Assembly (NCBI GenBank): GCA_965197935.1
Contig: CBDAOD010000003.1
Location: forward strand, 1,132,042 to 1,196,041
Length of the DNA stretch: 64,000 nucleotides
Reading direction: 5' to 3'
From: Vicinamibacterales bacterium
Lineage (GTDB): Bacteria; Acidobacteriota; Vicinamibacteria; Vicinamibacterales; CAZQMT01
Shown here: positions 18,405 through 27,745 of the stretch, piece by piece
Position numbering within the stretch: the stretch's first letter is position 1
Layout: each line of letters starts with the position of its first letter
Program-made: the position numbers and the translations under genes
The notes under the pieces: generated by a model
The model's input: the letters and a program-made list of their open reading frames with translations, nothing else
What the model was told of the DNA's origin: nothing
Databases searched by the model: none

Positions 18405-20465
18405 TCACGCCGGCCGGGACGCGACCTCCTGTGTCCGTTCGAAGACCTTGTACATCATGTCCTCGGCCCACAGATAGCCCACGACCCGGCGATCGTCGCG
18501 GTCCCGAATGATCGGTGTGCCCTTCAGCCCGTGATCACGCATCGTCTCGGCCGCAACCACGCTCGAGTCGTCGCGCGTGAGCGCGATGGGGTTCGCGACC
18601 ATGAACTCCCGCACCCGGACGTTCCCACGCTGGCCCGCGGGCAGGGCGGCGACCACCTCGATGGCGTTCAGGAAGTCGGTCCGCGTCACGATGCCGACCA
18701 GCCACTCCCGGTCGTCGAGCACGAGGCAGACGTCGAGGTCGTGCTCGCGGAACAGGGCCAGGGCGTCCTGGAGCGTCTGATCGGGCCGCAGGTGGACGGG
18801 CGGCGGGGGCTCCACGAAGGTGGCCAGGGGCTCCTTGGACAGGATCTCGTGGGCGACCGGGAGCCGCAACCAGATACCCTTGGCCCGCCGCTTCACGGCG
18901 TCCGAGACGATGTGCCGCAGGGAGGTGAGCGATCGCGACACCTGCGAGAACACCTCGCGGCCGAGCACGGTCACCTCGACCGGCGTACGCGCGCGGACGC
19001 TGGCCCCACGCGGGCGGTTCTCGATCAGTGCCATCTCTCCGAAGAAGTCGCCGGCTCCCATCACCGCCACGACCTGCTCGTCGTCCTCGCCCTCGCGCCG
19101 ACGCAACACCTCGACCTGACCCTTCTCGATGACGTAGAGGCTGGTCGCCGGATCACCCGAGCGGAAGACGAAGTCTCCCGCTTCGTAGTGCGCGCTCGAC
19201 ACGCGCTCGGTCTGATCCGTCTTGAGGTGGGCCAGGTCCCGGGGGAACACGAGGTCCCACGCCCAATCGAACCCCACCTTCACGCGGCGCGGCCAGGACG
19301 GCAGCTTGAACAGGTAGACGCCCCGCCAGACGAACCACGCCAGAAACCCCGAGAGCTGAACGCCCAGGATCTCGGCCACCGCCTTGCGCCCGCCGATCGC
19401 GCAGAGCTGGCCGATCGGTTTGTAGCTGAACGATCGTGCCGCGTCGCCCCGTAGCACCCGGACGATGTTCTCGGCGGCCTGGCGGCCCTCCCGCTCGGCA
19501 AACTGACCGGTGGGTGGGCACTCCCGCCCATCGTGCGCGTTGACGATCCGCGCGCAATCACCGATCGCCCAGACGTTGGCGAATCCTTGCACTCGCAGGT
19601 CGGGATCCGTGAGGAGGCGACCGCCCTCCTTGGGGGCGTCCAGCCGCTGCACGACCGGGGACGCCGCCGTCCCGATCGTGCAGACCACGGTCGCGGCTCG
19701 AAACGCCCGGCCATCCTGAAGCACCACGCCGTCGGGGGTCGCCACCGCGACGCGTGCGTTCAAGATCACCGCGATACCCGCCTGCTCCATCATGACGCGG
19801 GCGCGCTCCCGTAGATCCGGGCTGACCTCCGGCAGCAGCTGGTCGCGGGAGTGGATGATGCTGACGCAAATGGCATCGGTGGACGTATTCGAAAAGAACC
19901 GCTGGCTGCCACGTACCAGGTCGTTGAGCTCGCCGGCGGACTCCACCCCGCTGTAGCCTCCGCCCACGACCACGAAGCTCAGATACCACCGCTGGCGGTC
20001 CGGGTCATCGCACACGTCCGCCTTCTCGAGCTGCTCCATCACGTGGGTGCGAAGCGCGAGCGCGTCGCCGATCGTCTTGAGCGGAAAGGAGTGATCGGCC
20101 ATCCCGGGCACCCTGCCGATGCTCACCGGACGACCGCAGGCAATGACGACGTGATCGTAGGACATCCGCCGGGCCAGCCCGTCGTGGCCCTCGTACTCGA
20201 CCTCTCCCGCGACGAGATCGATGGAGAGGACATCCTCGGTGCGACATCGGACCGAGGACAGCATCTGGCGCAGCGGGGCCGCCACGCAGTCGGCGTCGAT
20301 CGACGCACCCGCCACCTCCGGGAGGAGCGGGTGGAACACCATGTGGTTCTCGCGGTTGAAGAGCACCAGCTCGCAGCCCTTGGACCCGAGCCGGCGAGCC
20401 AGGGTCTTGGCGCACTTCACGCCCGCAAAACCGCCGCCGACGATCACGATGCGAGGAGGTGTCAC
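18405..20465 (-). CDS. Type-II NADH dehydrogenase-like flavoprotein fused to a cyclic-nucleotide-binding domain and a CBS pair
   Basis: GTG 20465 overlaps the RND stop (GTGA). RIVIVGGGFAGV plus a second dinucleotide fold VVVGGGYSGVE. Then YEAGDFVFRSGDPATSLYVIEKGQVEV...GDFFGEMALI...RGASVRA (cNMP domain), followed by two CBS-like repeats (...LVGIVTRTDFL..., ...VVGYLWAEDMM). Confidence 0.75.
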   Translation of the reverse strand: MTPPRIVIVGGGFAGVKCAKTLARRLGSKGCELVLFNRENHMVFHPLLPEVAGASIDADCVAAPLRQMLSSVRCRTEDVLSIDLVAGEVEYEGHDGLARRMSYDHVVIACGRPVSIGRVPGMADHSFPLKTIGDALALRTHVMEQLEKADVCDDPDRQRWYLSFVVVGGGYSGVESAGELNDLVRGSQRFFSNTSTDAICVSIIHSRDQLLPEVSPDLRERARVMMEQAGIAVILNARVAVATPDGVVLQDGRAFRAATVVCTIGTAASPVVQRLDAPKEGGRLLTDPDLRVQGFANVWAIGDCARIVNAHDGRECPPTGQFAEREGRQAAENIVRVLRGDAARSFSYKPIGQLCAIGGRKAVAEILGVQLSGFLAWFVWRGVYLFKLPSWPRRVKVGFDWAWDLVFPRDLAHLKTDQTERVSSAHYEAGDFVFRSGDPATSLYVIEKGQVEVLRRREGEDDEQVVAVMGAGDFFGEMALIENRPRGASVRARTPVEVTVLGREVFSQVSRSLTSLRHIVSDAVKRRAKGIWLRLPVAHEILSKEPLATFVEPPPPVHLRPDQTLQDALALFREHDLDVCLVLDDREWLVGIVTRTDFLNAIEVVAALPAGQRGNVRVREFMVANPIALTRDDSSVVAAETMRDHGLKGTPIIRDRDDRRVVGYLWAEDMMYKVFERTQEVASRPA

Positions 20466-23400
20466 GAAGTGGCTCGATACGCGAAGTCCTTGAAGCTGAC
20501 GCGGAAGAACAGCGAGTACAGGATCGGTACGACTCCCAGGGTGAGCACGGTGGCGAACAGCAGACCGAAGATGATCGCGATCGCCATCGGCTCCCACATG
20601 GGCCCACCGCCGAACCAGAGCGGCAACAGCCCCGCGACCGTCGTGGCCGTCGTCAGCAGGATCGGCCGAAACCGCCGCTGGGCCGCCTCGACGATCGCGT
20701 GAGGCGGATCCAGGCCATTCTCGCCGATCTCGATGTCAATCCGGTCGATCAGCACGATGGCGTTGTTGATGACGATGCCCGAGAGGGCGATGATCCCGAG
20801 CAGCGTCATGAAACCGAAATACGAGCCGGCCATCAGCAGACCGGCAACGACCCCGACGATGCCGAGCGGAATAGTCAGCAGGATCATTGCGGTCCGGCGA
20901 ATCGAGTTGAACTGCACCATCAGGAGGAGCAGGATGATCAGCCCGGCGAGCGGGAGCTGGTCCGCGATCGACTGGTTCGCCTTGACCGACGTCTCCTCCT
21001 CACCGCCGAACCCCCAGCGGTAGCCGAGCGGCCATCCCTGCCGCTGCGTCTCGAGCCAGGGCCGCAGCGCCGCCACGACCTCGCTGGGCGTCACGCCGAA
21101 ATCGAGATCGGAAGAGACGGTCACGGTCTTGAGCCGGTCGCGCCGCCAGATCTTAGACGGCTCCCATACGATTTCGGTGTCGGCCACCTGGCTCAGCGGC
21201 ACGGAGCGCCCGGTGGCTTGGGCGTAGACGTTGAGGCTGTCGAGCTTCGTGAGGTCGGTGCGGCTCGCGACCGATGACCGCAGGGAGACGGGGATGACCT
21301 CGTCCACCTCCCGATACTGGGTGGTCTCGAAGCCGCTGAGCGCCGTCTGGAGCGAGATGGCGATGTCCTGGTTGGTGACTCCAGCCCGACGCGCCCGAGG
21401 CTGATCGACATCGATCACCAGCTTCTTGCTGCGGACACCCCAGTCGTCCGTGATGTTCTTCGTGCCGGGGATCGCGCGGAGCTGGGCCTTCACGTCGTCC
21501 ACGGTGTCGAACAGCGCGTCCGACTCTCGGCCGGACAGCCTCACCTGGACGGGTGAGGTGATGGGCGGTCCCATCTGCAGAGGGTTCAAGGTGACGTCGA
21601 GATCGGGAAACTGTTCCAGAGCGAAGGCTTCGAGGCTCGGAATCAGCTCGTCGGTCATGACCGCCCGCGATGTCGCGTTGACGATCGAAAAGGCGTAGTT
21701 CGGACTACTCGGCTCCGGAGTGTGCGCCAGGTAGAATCGCGGCCCGGCGTTGCCCACGAACGTCGCCCAGTTGGTCACACCCTCGAGCCGCCCGGCCCCG
21801 GGGGAGCCGTCCGCCTGCCCGGCCGCGAGCACGGTCCCGGCTGGCGCCACGGACATCGACGTCCCGGCTACCAGCGTCTCCCGGATGTGGCCGTCGATGG
21901 CCTCGATGACCTCGACGGTCCGCTCGATCGCCGTCCCGGCCGGCAGCTCGTACTCGGCCGTGAAGATCGCCTTGTCTGAGGGCGGAAAGAAGATGTTCGG
22001 GATATAGGCGAAGCCCTGCAGCGCGACCACGAAGATGACAACGATGCCCGCCACGGCGAGCAGGCGATGGCGCAGGCCCCCAATGAGCATGCCGCGGTAG
22101 AGGCGATAGAACCGGGAGTCGAACCCTTGCCCGATGTTGGCCTGTTTGACGCGGAGAAACAGCACGCACAGCAGCGGCGTCATCGTCAACGCCAGCACCC
22201 AGGAGGACAGCAGCGTGATTGTGACGACCATGAAGAGCGGCGCCGTGTACTCGCCGGTGCTGGACTTGGCGAGGTAGATCGGTAGGAACGCGGCCGCCGT
22301 CGTCAGCGATGAGATGAGTAGCGGTGCACGCAGCTCGGACGCGGAGCCAACGGCCGCCTCCAGCGGAGGCTTGCCCTCCGACATCTGGACCATGATCGAT
22401 TCGGCCATCACGATTGCGTTGTCCACGAGCATGCCGAGCGCGATGATCAACGCCGCGAGCGACATCTGGTCCAACCCGATGCCAAGGAACGACATCACCA
22501 GCAGCGCCATGATCATCGCCATCGGCACGAGGCTGGCCACCACGAGCCCCGTGCGCAGCCCGAGGAAGAGCAACATGACCAGCAGCACGATCACGACCGC
22601 CTGCAGCAGGTTCGTGGCGAACTCCGCCACCTTGCGCTCCACGACCTCGGGCTGAAACGCGACCAGGTCGAACTCGACCCCGATCGGATAGATCGCCTGC
22701 AGCCGGTCGATCTCGCGGCGCACGCCCTCGCCCAACGTCACGATGTTGCCGCCCTCCCGCATCGACATCGCCAGGGCGAGCGCGGGCGTGCCGGACGCGT
22801 GCACGATGCTTCTCGGTGGGTCGATGTAACCGCGGGAGATCTCCGCCAGGTCCTCCAGGTAGAGGATCTCCGGTCGGCCCGGCAAGGTCACGACCGTCTG
22901 ACGCAGATCCTCGATCGACTCGAAGTTGCCGCTGGGCTCCAATGTGATCCGCTCGACGCCGGTGCTGATGTCACCGCCGGGGATGATGATGTTGGCGCTC
23001 TCGAGAATCTGTCGCAGCTGAATCGGCGACAGCCCGAGCTCCGCCAGGCGCGAATTGCTGTAGTCGACGAAGACGCGCTCCTCCTGGGCGCCGAAGATGT
23101 CGACCTTGGCCACGTCGTCCACCCGGAGCAGCTCGTCGCGCACCTCGTCGGCGACCTCCTTCAGGTCGGCGTACGAGAACCCCTCGCCGGTCAGCGTCAC
23201 GATGACCCGAACACGTCGCCGAACTCGTCGTTGACTGTCGGCCCGACGATGTCCGCAGGCAGATCCGGCACGACCTTGTCGACCTTGCGCCGCAGGTCGT
23301 CCCAGATCGGACGCATGTCCATGAACTCCTCGCGAATGTTGACCAGGACGATCGACACGCCGGTCTTCGACGTGGAGGTCACGAAATCCAGCTCGGGAAT

Positions 23401-23619
23401 CTCCTGGATCACCTCCTCGAGCTTGTCGCTGACGAGGTTCTCGACGCGGTCCGGACTGGCGCCGGGAAAGATCGTCAGGACCTGCGCGATCCGGATGATG
23501 AAGCCGGGATCCTCGGCACGGGACATCCGGGTGTACCCCGACACTCCACCCAGGATCACGACCAGGAGCGCGACCGTCGTGATCCGGTTCTTCTCGATAG
23601 CCGCGCGTGTCAGATCCAT
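20462..23619 (-). pseudogene. RND (AcrB/HAE1-type) efflux transporter, frameshift at C/G3 run 23206-23208
   Basis: Track ORFs 23197-23619 (N-terminal 140 aa) and 20462-23200 (912 aa) are contiguous parts of one RND pump. Adding one G in TTCGGGTCATCGTG restores ...DEFGDVFGVIVTLTGEGFS... Confidence 0.8.
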
Positions 23620-23622
23620 CGT

Positions 23623-24729
23623 TCAGCCCTCCTGCGCGGTCGTCAGGCGCACGTCGAGGCCATCCTGGATGCGGCTGACCCCGGCCGTGACGACGCGATC
23701 GCCGTCCGCAAGCCCATCAATGAGCTCGAGACCGTCCGGCGCGAACCCGCCGACCGTCACCGCCCGCCGGCGCGCCACGGCGCGGCCCTCGCCCGCCGGC
23801 TCGGCGACGAAGACGAACCGGCCCTCGCGATCTTCACCCACCGCCTCGGGCGGCACGATGAAGCGCTCATCGCGCCCGTCATCGGGCAGCTCGAAGGTCA
23901 CCTCGGCCGCCATCCCGGCGCGAACGTCGCCGGCGCTGTCTGGGAGGCTGGCGGTGACCGGAAATGTCGTGCCGGTCGCCGTTGCCATCACGCCCACCTC
24001 GGTGACCGCTCCATCGAAGCGGGCCCCGGTCATGGCGTCGAAGGCGACGCTGACGGGATCACCCGTCTGGATCTGCTGGATGAGCCCCTCGGGCACCGCC
24101 ACCTCGACCTCGGGCGCGACCCCGGAGGTGAGGACGGCGACCGCCTGTCCTGCGCTGACGTTCTCGTTGACCTCCGCCGGCACCTCGGCGATGGCCCCGG
24201 CCACTGGGGCAACCAGTCGCGTGTAGTCGACCTGGCGCACGGCCAGCTCCAGCCGCTTGCCGACCACCTCCACCTGCGCCTGCGCGGACGCAGCACCGGC
24301 CATGGCCGCATCGAGGTCCGCACGCGAGGCGTTGTCGTTCTCGTACAGCCCGCGCACCCGTCGGAGATCGGCATCGGCGTTTCGAGCCTGCGCCCGCGCC
24401 TGGGACAGGGACGCCTCGGCCTCCTTGACCTGGAGCTCGTAGTCCACCGGATCGAGCCGGGCGATGAGGCGCCCGACCGGCACCCGGCTGCCTACCCGCA
24501 CCGGCAGCGCCTCGATCGTGCCGGGTACCCGGAAGCTGAGCGTCGATTCGACGCCCGCTCGCGCCACGCCGGAGAACGACCGGGCGCGTCCGCCTCCCGT
24601 AGCTCGCACCTGGGTATAGCGCACCGGTCGAAGGGCCGGCGGCTCAGGCGACGGGGGCGCCGCACAGCCCCACCACACGGTCGGCGTCGAGAGCGACAGG
24701 ATCAGCCACGCGAATCGATGTCCGTTCAT
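23623..24729 (-). CDS. RND efflux periplasmic adaptor (membrane fusion protein, HlyD/AcrA family)
   Basis: Lipoprotein-like start ...TVWWGCAAP. Lipoyl/barrel-sandwich-type sequence with coiled-coil segment (LSQARAQARNADADLRRVRGLYE...). The ATG overlaps the upstream stop (ATGA). Confidence 0.85.
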   Translation of the reverse strand: MNGHRFAWLILSLSTPTVWWGCAAPPSPEPPALRPVRYTQVRATGGGRARSFSGVARAGVESTLSFRVPGTIEALPVRVGSRVPVGRLIARLDPVDYELQVKEAEASLSQARAQARNADADLRRVRGLYENDNASRADLDAAMAGAASAQAQVEVVGKRLELAVRQVDYTRLVAPVAGAIAEVPAEVNENVSAGQAVAVLTSGVAPEVEVAVPEGLIQQIQTGDPVSVAFDAMTGARFDGAVTEVGVMATATGTTFPVTASLPDSAGDVRAGMAAEVTFELPDDGRDERFIVPPEAVGEDREGRFVFVAEPAGEGRAVARRRAVTVGGFAPDGLELIDGLADGDRVVTAGVSRIQDGLDVRLTTAQEG

Positions 24730-27168
24730 GGGTCCTTCCTCGTCGGTGATTCGGGGGTCCGCGGGCTGAACCCCACCTCGGCGAAAAACAGTCTGAGACG
24801 GTCCAGGAAGTCTCGGTGCGCCTCGGGCGTCGTGAAGAAATCGAACTGTCCAGCGGCGCGTTCCACGTTCATCAGATCGACCAGGTAGTCGAACACCGCG
24901 TTCGCCGCCACCTCTTGTGCGACCAAGGCCTGGTTCTGCGCATCCAGCAGGTCCAGGATGGAGGCCGCCCCCTGCTCGTAGGCATCGGTGACCAGACCGA
25001 GGCTGCGCTGTGCCGCGTCGGCCGCGGCCTCGGCCAGCTCGATGCCGGCGTAGGAGGCACCGGCGTGGTGGAGCGTCGACCGCACCCGCTGCTCGACCTG
25101 CAAGGCCACCGCTTGCCGGCGCAGTCGGAGCTCTTCGACCTCCTCGAACGTCCGGGTGCGCTCGGCGCGTCGCGCCCCACCCGTGAACAACGGCAACGAC
25201 GCCGAGAGGCTGAGCGTCCAGTTGACCGCGTTGGGCACGGTGAGACCGGGCAGCGGGACGCCGAACTCGAAGCTGGTCCCCGCCCCACCCGTCTCGACGG
25301 CGCTCACGTCACCGTTGAAGGCGACGGTGGGCACCCAGAAGGCGCGGCGGGCCGCCGTGAGCGCGCGCTCCTGGGCACGGATGCTCGCGTCGATCTGTTG
25401 CAGCTCGGGCGAGGCGGCCAGCGCCTCGTTCGTCATGAAGTCGCGGAAGATGGCGAACGAGAAAAAGTCGTCGAGGTAGGGTCCCAGGCGAGCGGCGCTG
25501 GTCCGCAAGACCGGGTCGTCGAGCCCGGTCTCCTCGGTCTGAAACGACTCCTCCAGCGGGCGATTCAGCAGACGGTTGAGCTGGATCTCGGCCACGTTGC
25601 GCTGGGCGCTCGCATCGATGACATCGCGCCGGTTGTTCGCGATCTGGTTCTCCCAGCGAATCACCTCGGCCGACCGCGCGACGCCGATCTCCTGCCGTAT
25701 CCGCGCCAGATCGAGGTTCGAGCGGGTCACCCTGAGATTGTCCCGCTGGATCTCCTCGAAGGTCTTGGCCCGGAGCACGTCGAGGTAGCCGACCGCGGCG
25801 TCGAGCACGATGTCGAGACGGGTCTGCTCCCGCTGCTGCTGGCGCGACACTTGGAGCGCGTCCTCAATCGCGACGCTCGCCCGCGCACCGTCTGAGAACA
25901 AGAGCTGCGAGACACCCGCCGACGCCACGCCGAGCCACTGGGGTCCGGCCGAGAGCGACGCCGCGCGGTCCCGGTCGATGGTCTCGGCCAGTCCGGCGGC
26001 CGACACCTGCGGGTACCACGCGGCGCGCGCAATCCGTCGTTCCTGGTCGCCTGCGGCCACGAACCGGTCCGCCGCCAGCAGATCGAGATTGGCGGCGACG
26101 GCCTCCTGCGCCGCCGCCGACAGGGTGAGCCGGCGCTGCACCGCCCGCTGGCGTTCTCCCAGGATCTCCGCCTCGGTATAGACGCTCCACGACGGGTAGA
26201 CGCCGATGGCCCGCGCCGTTTCGATGTTGAGCGACAGTCGAAGGCGGCGCTCGAAATCTACCGGCAGCGCGCCCGCATCCTCGCCCAGCAAGATCCGCTG
26301 GATGTTCAAGGCGACCCTGCGACCCAAGCGATCAAACGCCTCTCCGAGGAAGAGGCTGGCCAAGAGCCCCGCCTCGACCTCCCGTTGTCCCCAATAGGAA
26401 AAACCAGGCAGCCGGCGCTCGATCAGCGCGAGCACCAGTCGGCTGAAATCACCGCGCGGTAGCTGCATGAGGGGAAACACGTACACGGCGTCGGTGTCGC
26501 CGGGGATCGCCGCGAGCGCGTCCTCTACCGAGATCCCGACCCTGACCGCGACCGGCTCGACGTCGAGCGCCTGCAGCCGCGCGAGCAGGTTGGCCTCGAG
26601 CTCAGGAACCGCCGCCACGACCCTCGTTGGTCAGGAAGGTCATGTGGCGAAAGGGAGCGACCTCGCGGAGTCGACGTACGTTCTCCTCGAGGTTGGACGG
26701 GAAGGTGATGTAGCTCAGGTTGGGCACACCGCTGACGCGATCGCCCCCGGCACTCGTGGCGGTGGGGATCCCCTGCACCTCCGGATCGATGACGAACGTC
26801 GCGACCAGCGGCTTGGGGAGCTCGGAGAACCGCCCGGCGTAGGTGGACGCGACGGGGCCTACCGTGAGGACCAGGTGGACCTCGGGGTCCGCCAGCAGCG
26901 CATCGACCGCAGTCGCCACGCCGGTGAGCGACCAGTCCGCCACCCGCCGCTTGGCGTCCGGAAAGGCGACGTTGAACTCGCTTCCCACCAGATCCAGGAT
27001 CTCCCTTTCGAAGATCCCCCGCACCTCGTCGTTGCGCTCCAACGGGCCATCGAGCACGACACCGATGGTGCAGGGATCGCAGGCCATCTGGCCGATCCCG
27101 TCGGCCGGAGCCAGGAGCGCCACTCCCATGGCGAGAGCCACGCACCTCCATCTACTCCAAGTGAACAT
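24726..27168 (-). pseudogene. TolC-like outer-membrane efflux protein with a ~330-aa periplasmic-binding-protein-like N-terminal extension (frameshift near 26605-26620)
   Basis: ATG 27168 (MFTWSRWRCVALAMGVALLAPA). Track ORFs 26602-27219 and 24726-26618 abut (...FLTNEG / VAAVPELEAN...). The C-terminal ~450 aa show two OEP-type repeats. The N-terminal part resembles an ABC_sub_bind-like fold, a weak call made by eye. Confidence 0.6.
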
Positions 27169-27364
27169 CCGATCCTCCAGTCGACCGTTGCTGGCGGGCC
27201 GCGCCCCCCTTCCGCACATCTCGTCGCATCGGTGGCCACGACCAATCCAGCCGCGAGCGGCCCGGACGGGGCGGGACGAGCGAGAATCTGATGATACGCG
27301 TGGAGCCCTGGCGTGTCACTCGCGGGTGAAGGGTCGGTGTACAATCGCAGTCGGCAGCTCCGCC

Positions 27365-27745
27365 ATGCACACGCACGTCAAGGTTCTGGCCGTCCTCAAT
27401 ATCGCCCTCGGCGCCCTGGGCCTCATCGCGTCGCTCTTCGTCCTCCTGATATTCGGCGGGACCGCCGGGCTGCTCGCGGTCACGGCCGAGTCGAGCGACG
27501 CCCTGATCGCCAGCCCGATCGTCGGTCTGATAGGGGGCGTGGTGGCGCTGGTCCTGTTCGCGCTGTCGGTGCCGGGCATCATCGCCGGCGTGGGACTGCT
27601 CAAGCTGCGACCGTGGGCCCGAATCCTCGGGCTCATCCTCGGCGTCCTCAACCTGCTGCACTTCCCCCTCGGTACCGTCGTCGGACTCTACGGGCTGTGG
27701 GTCCTGCTCTCACAGGAAGGCGCGGCGCTGTTCACTCCCCCGTGA
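27365..27745 (+). CDS. Small 4-TM membrane protein, unknown function
   Basis: MHTHVKVLAVLNIALGALGLIASLFVLLIFGG...GLYGLWVLLSQEG. The coherent hydrophobic pattern supports coding. The larger track ORF 26843-27745 is an upstream extension. Confidence 0.55.
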   Translation: MHTHVKVLAVLNIALGALGLIASLFVLLIFGGTAGLLAVTAESSDALIASPIVGLIGGVVALVLFALSVPGIIAGVGLLKLRPWARILGLILGVLNLLHFPLGTVVGLYGLWVLLSQEGAALFTPP

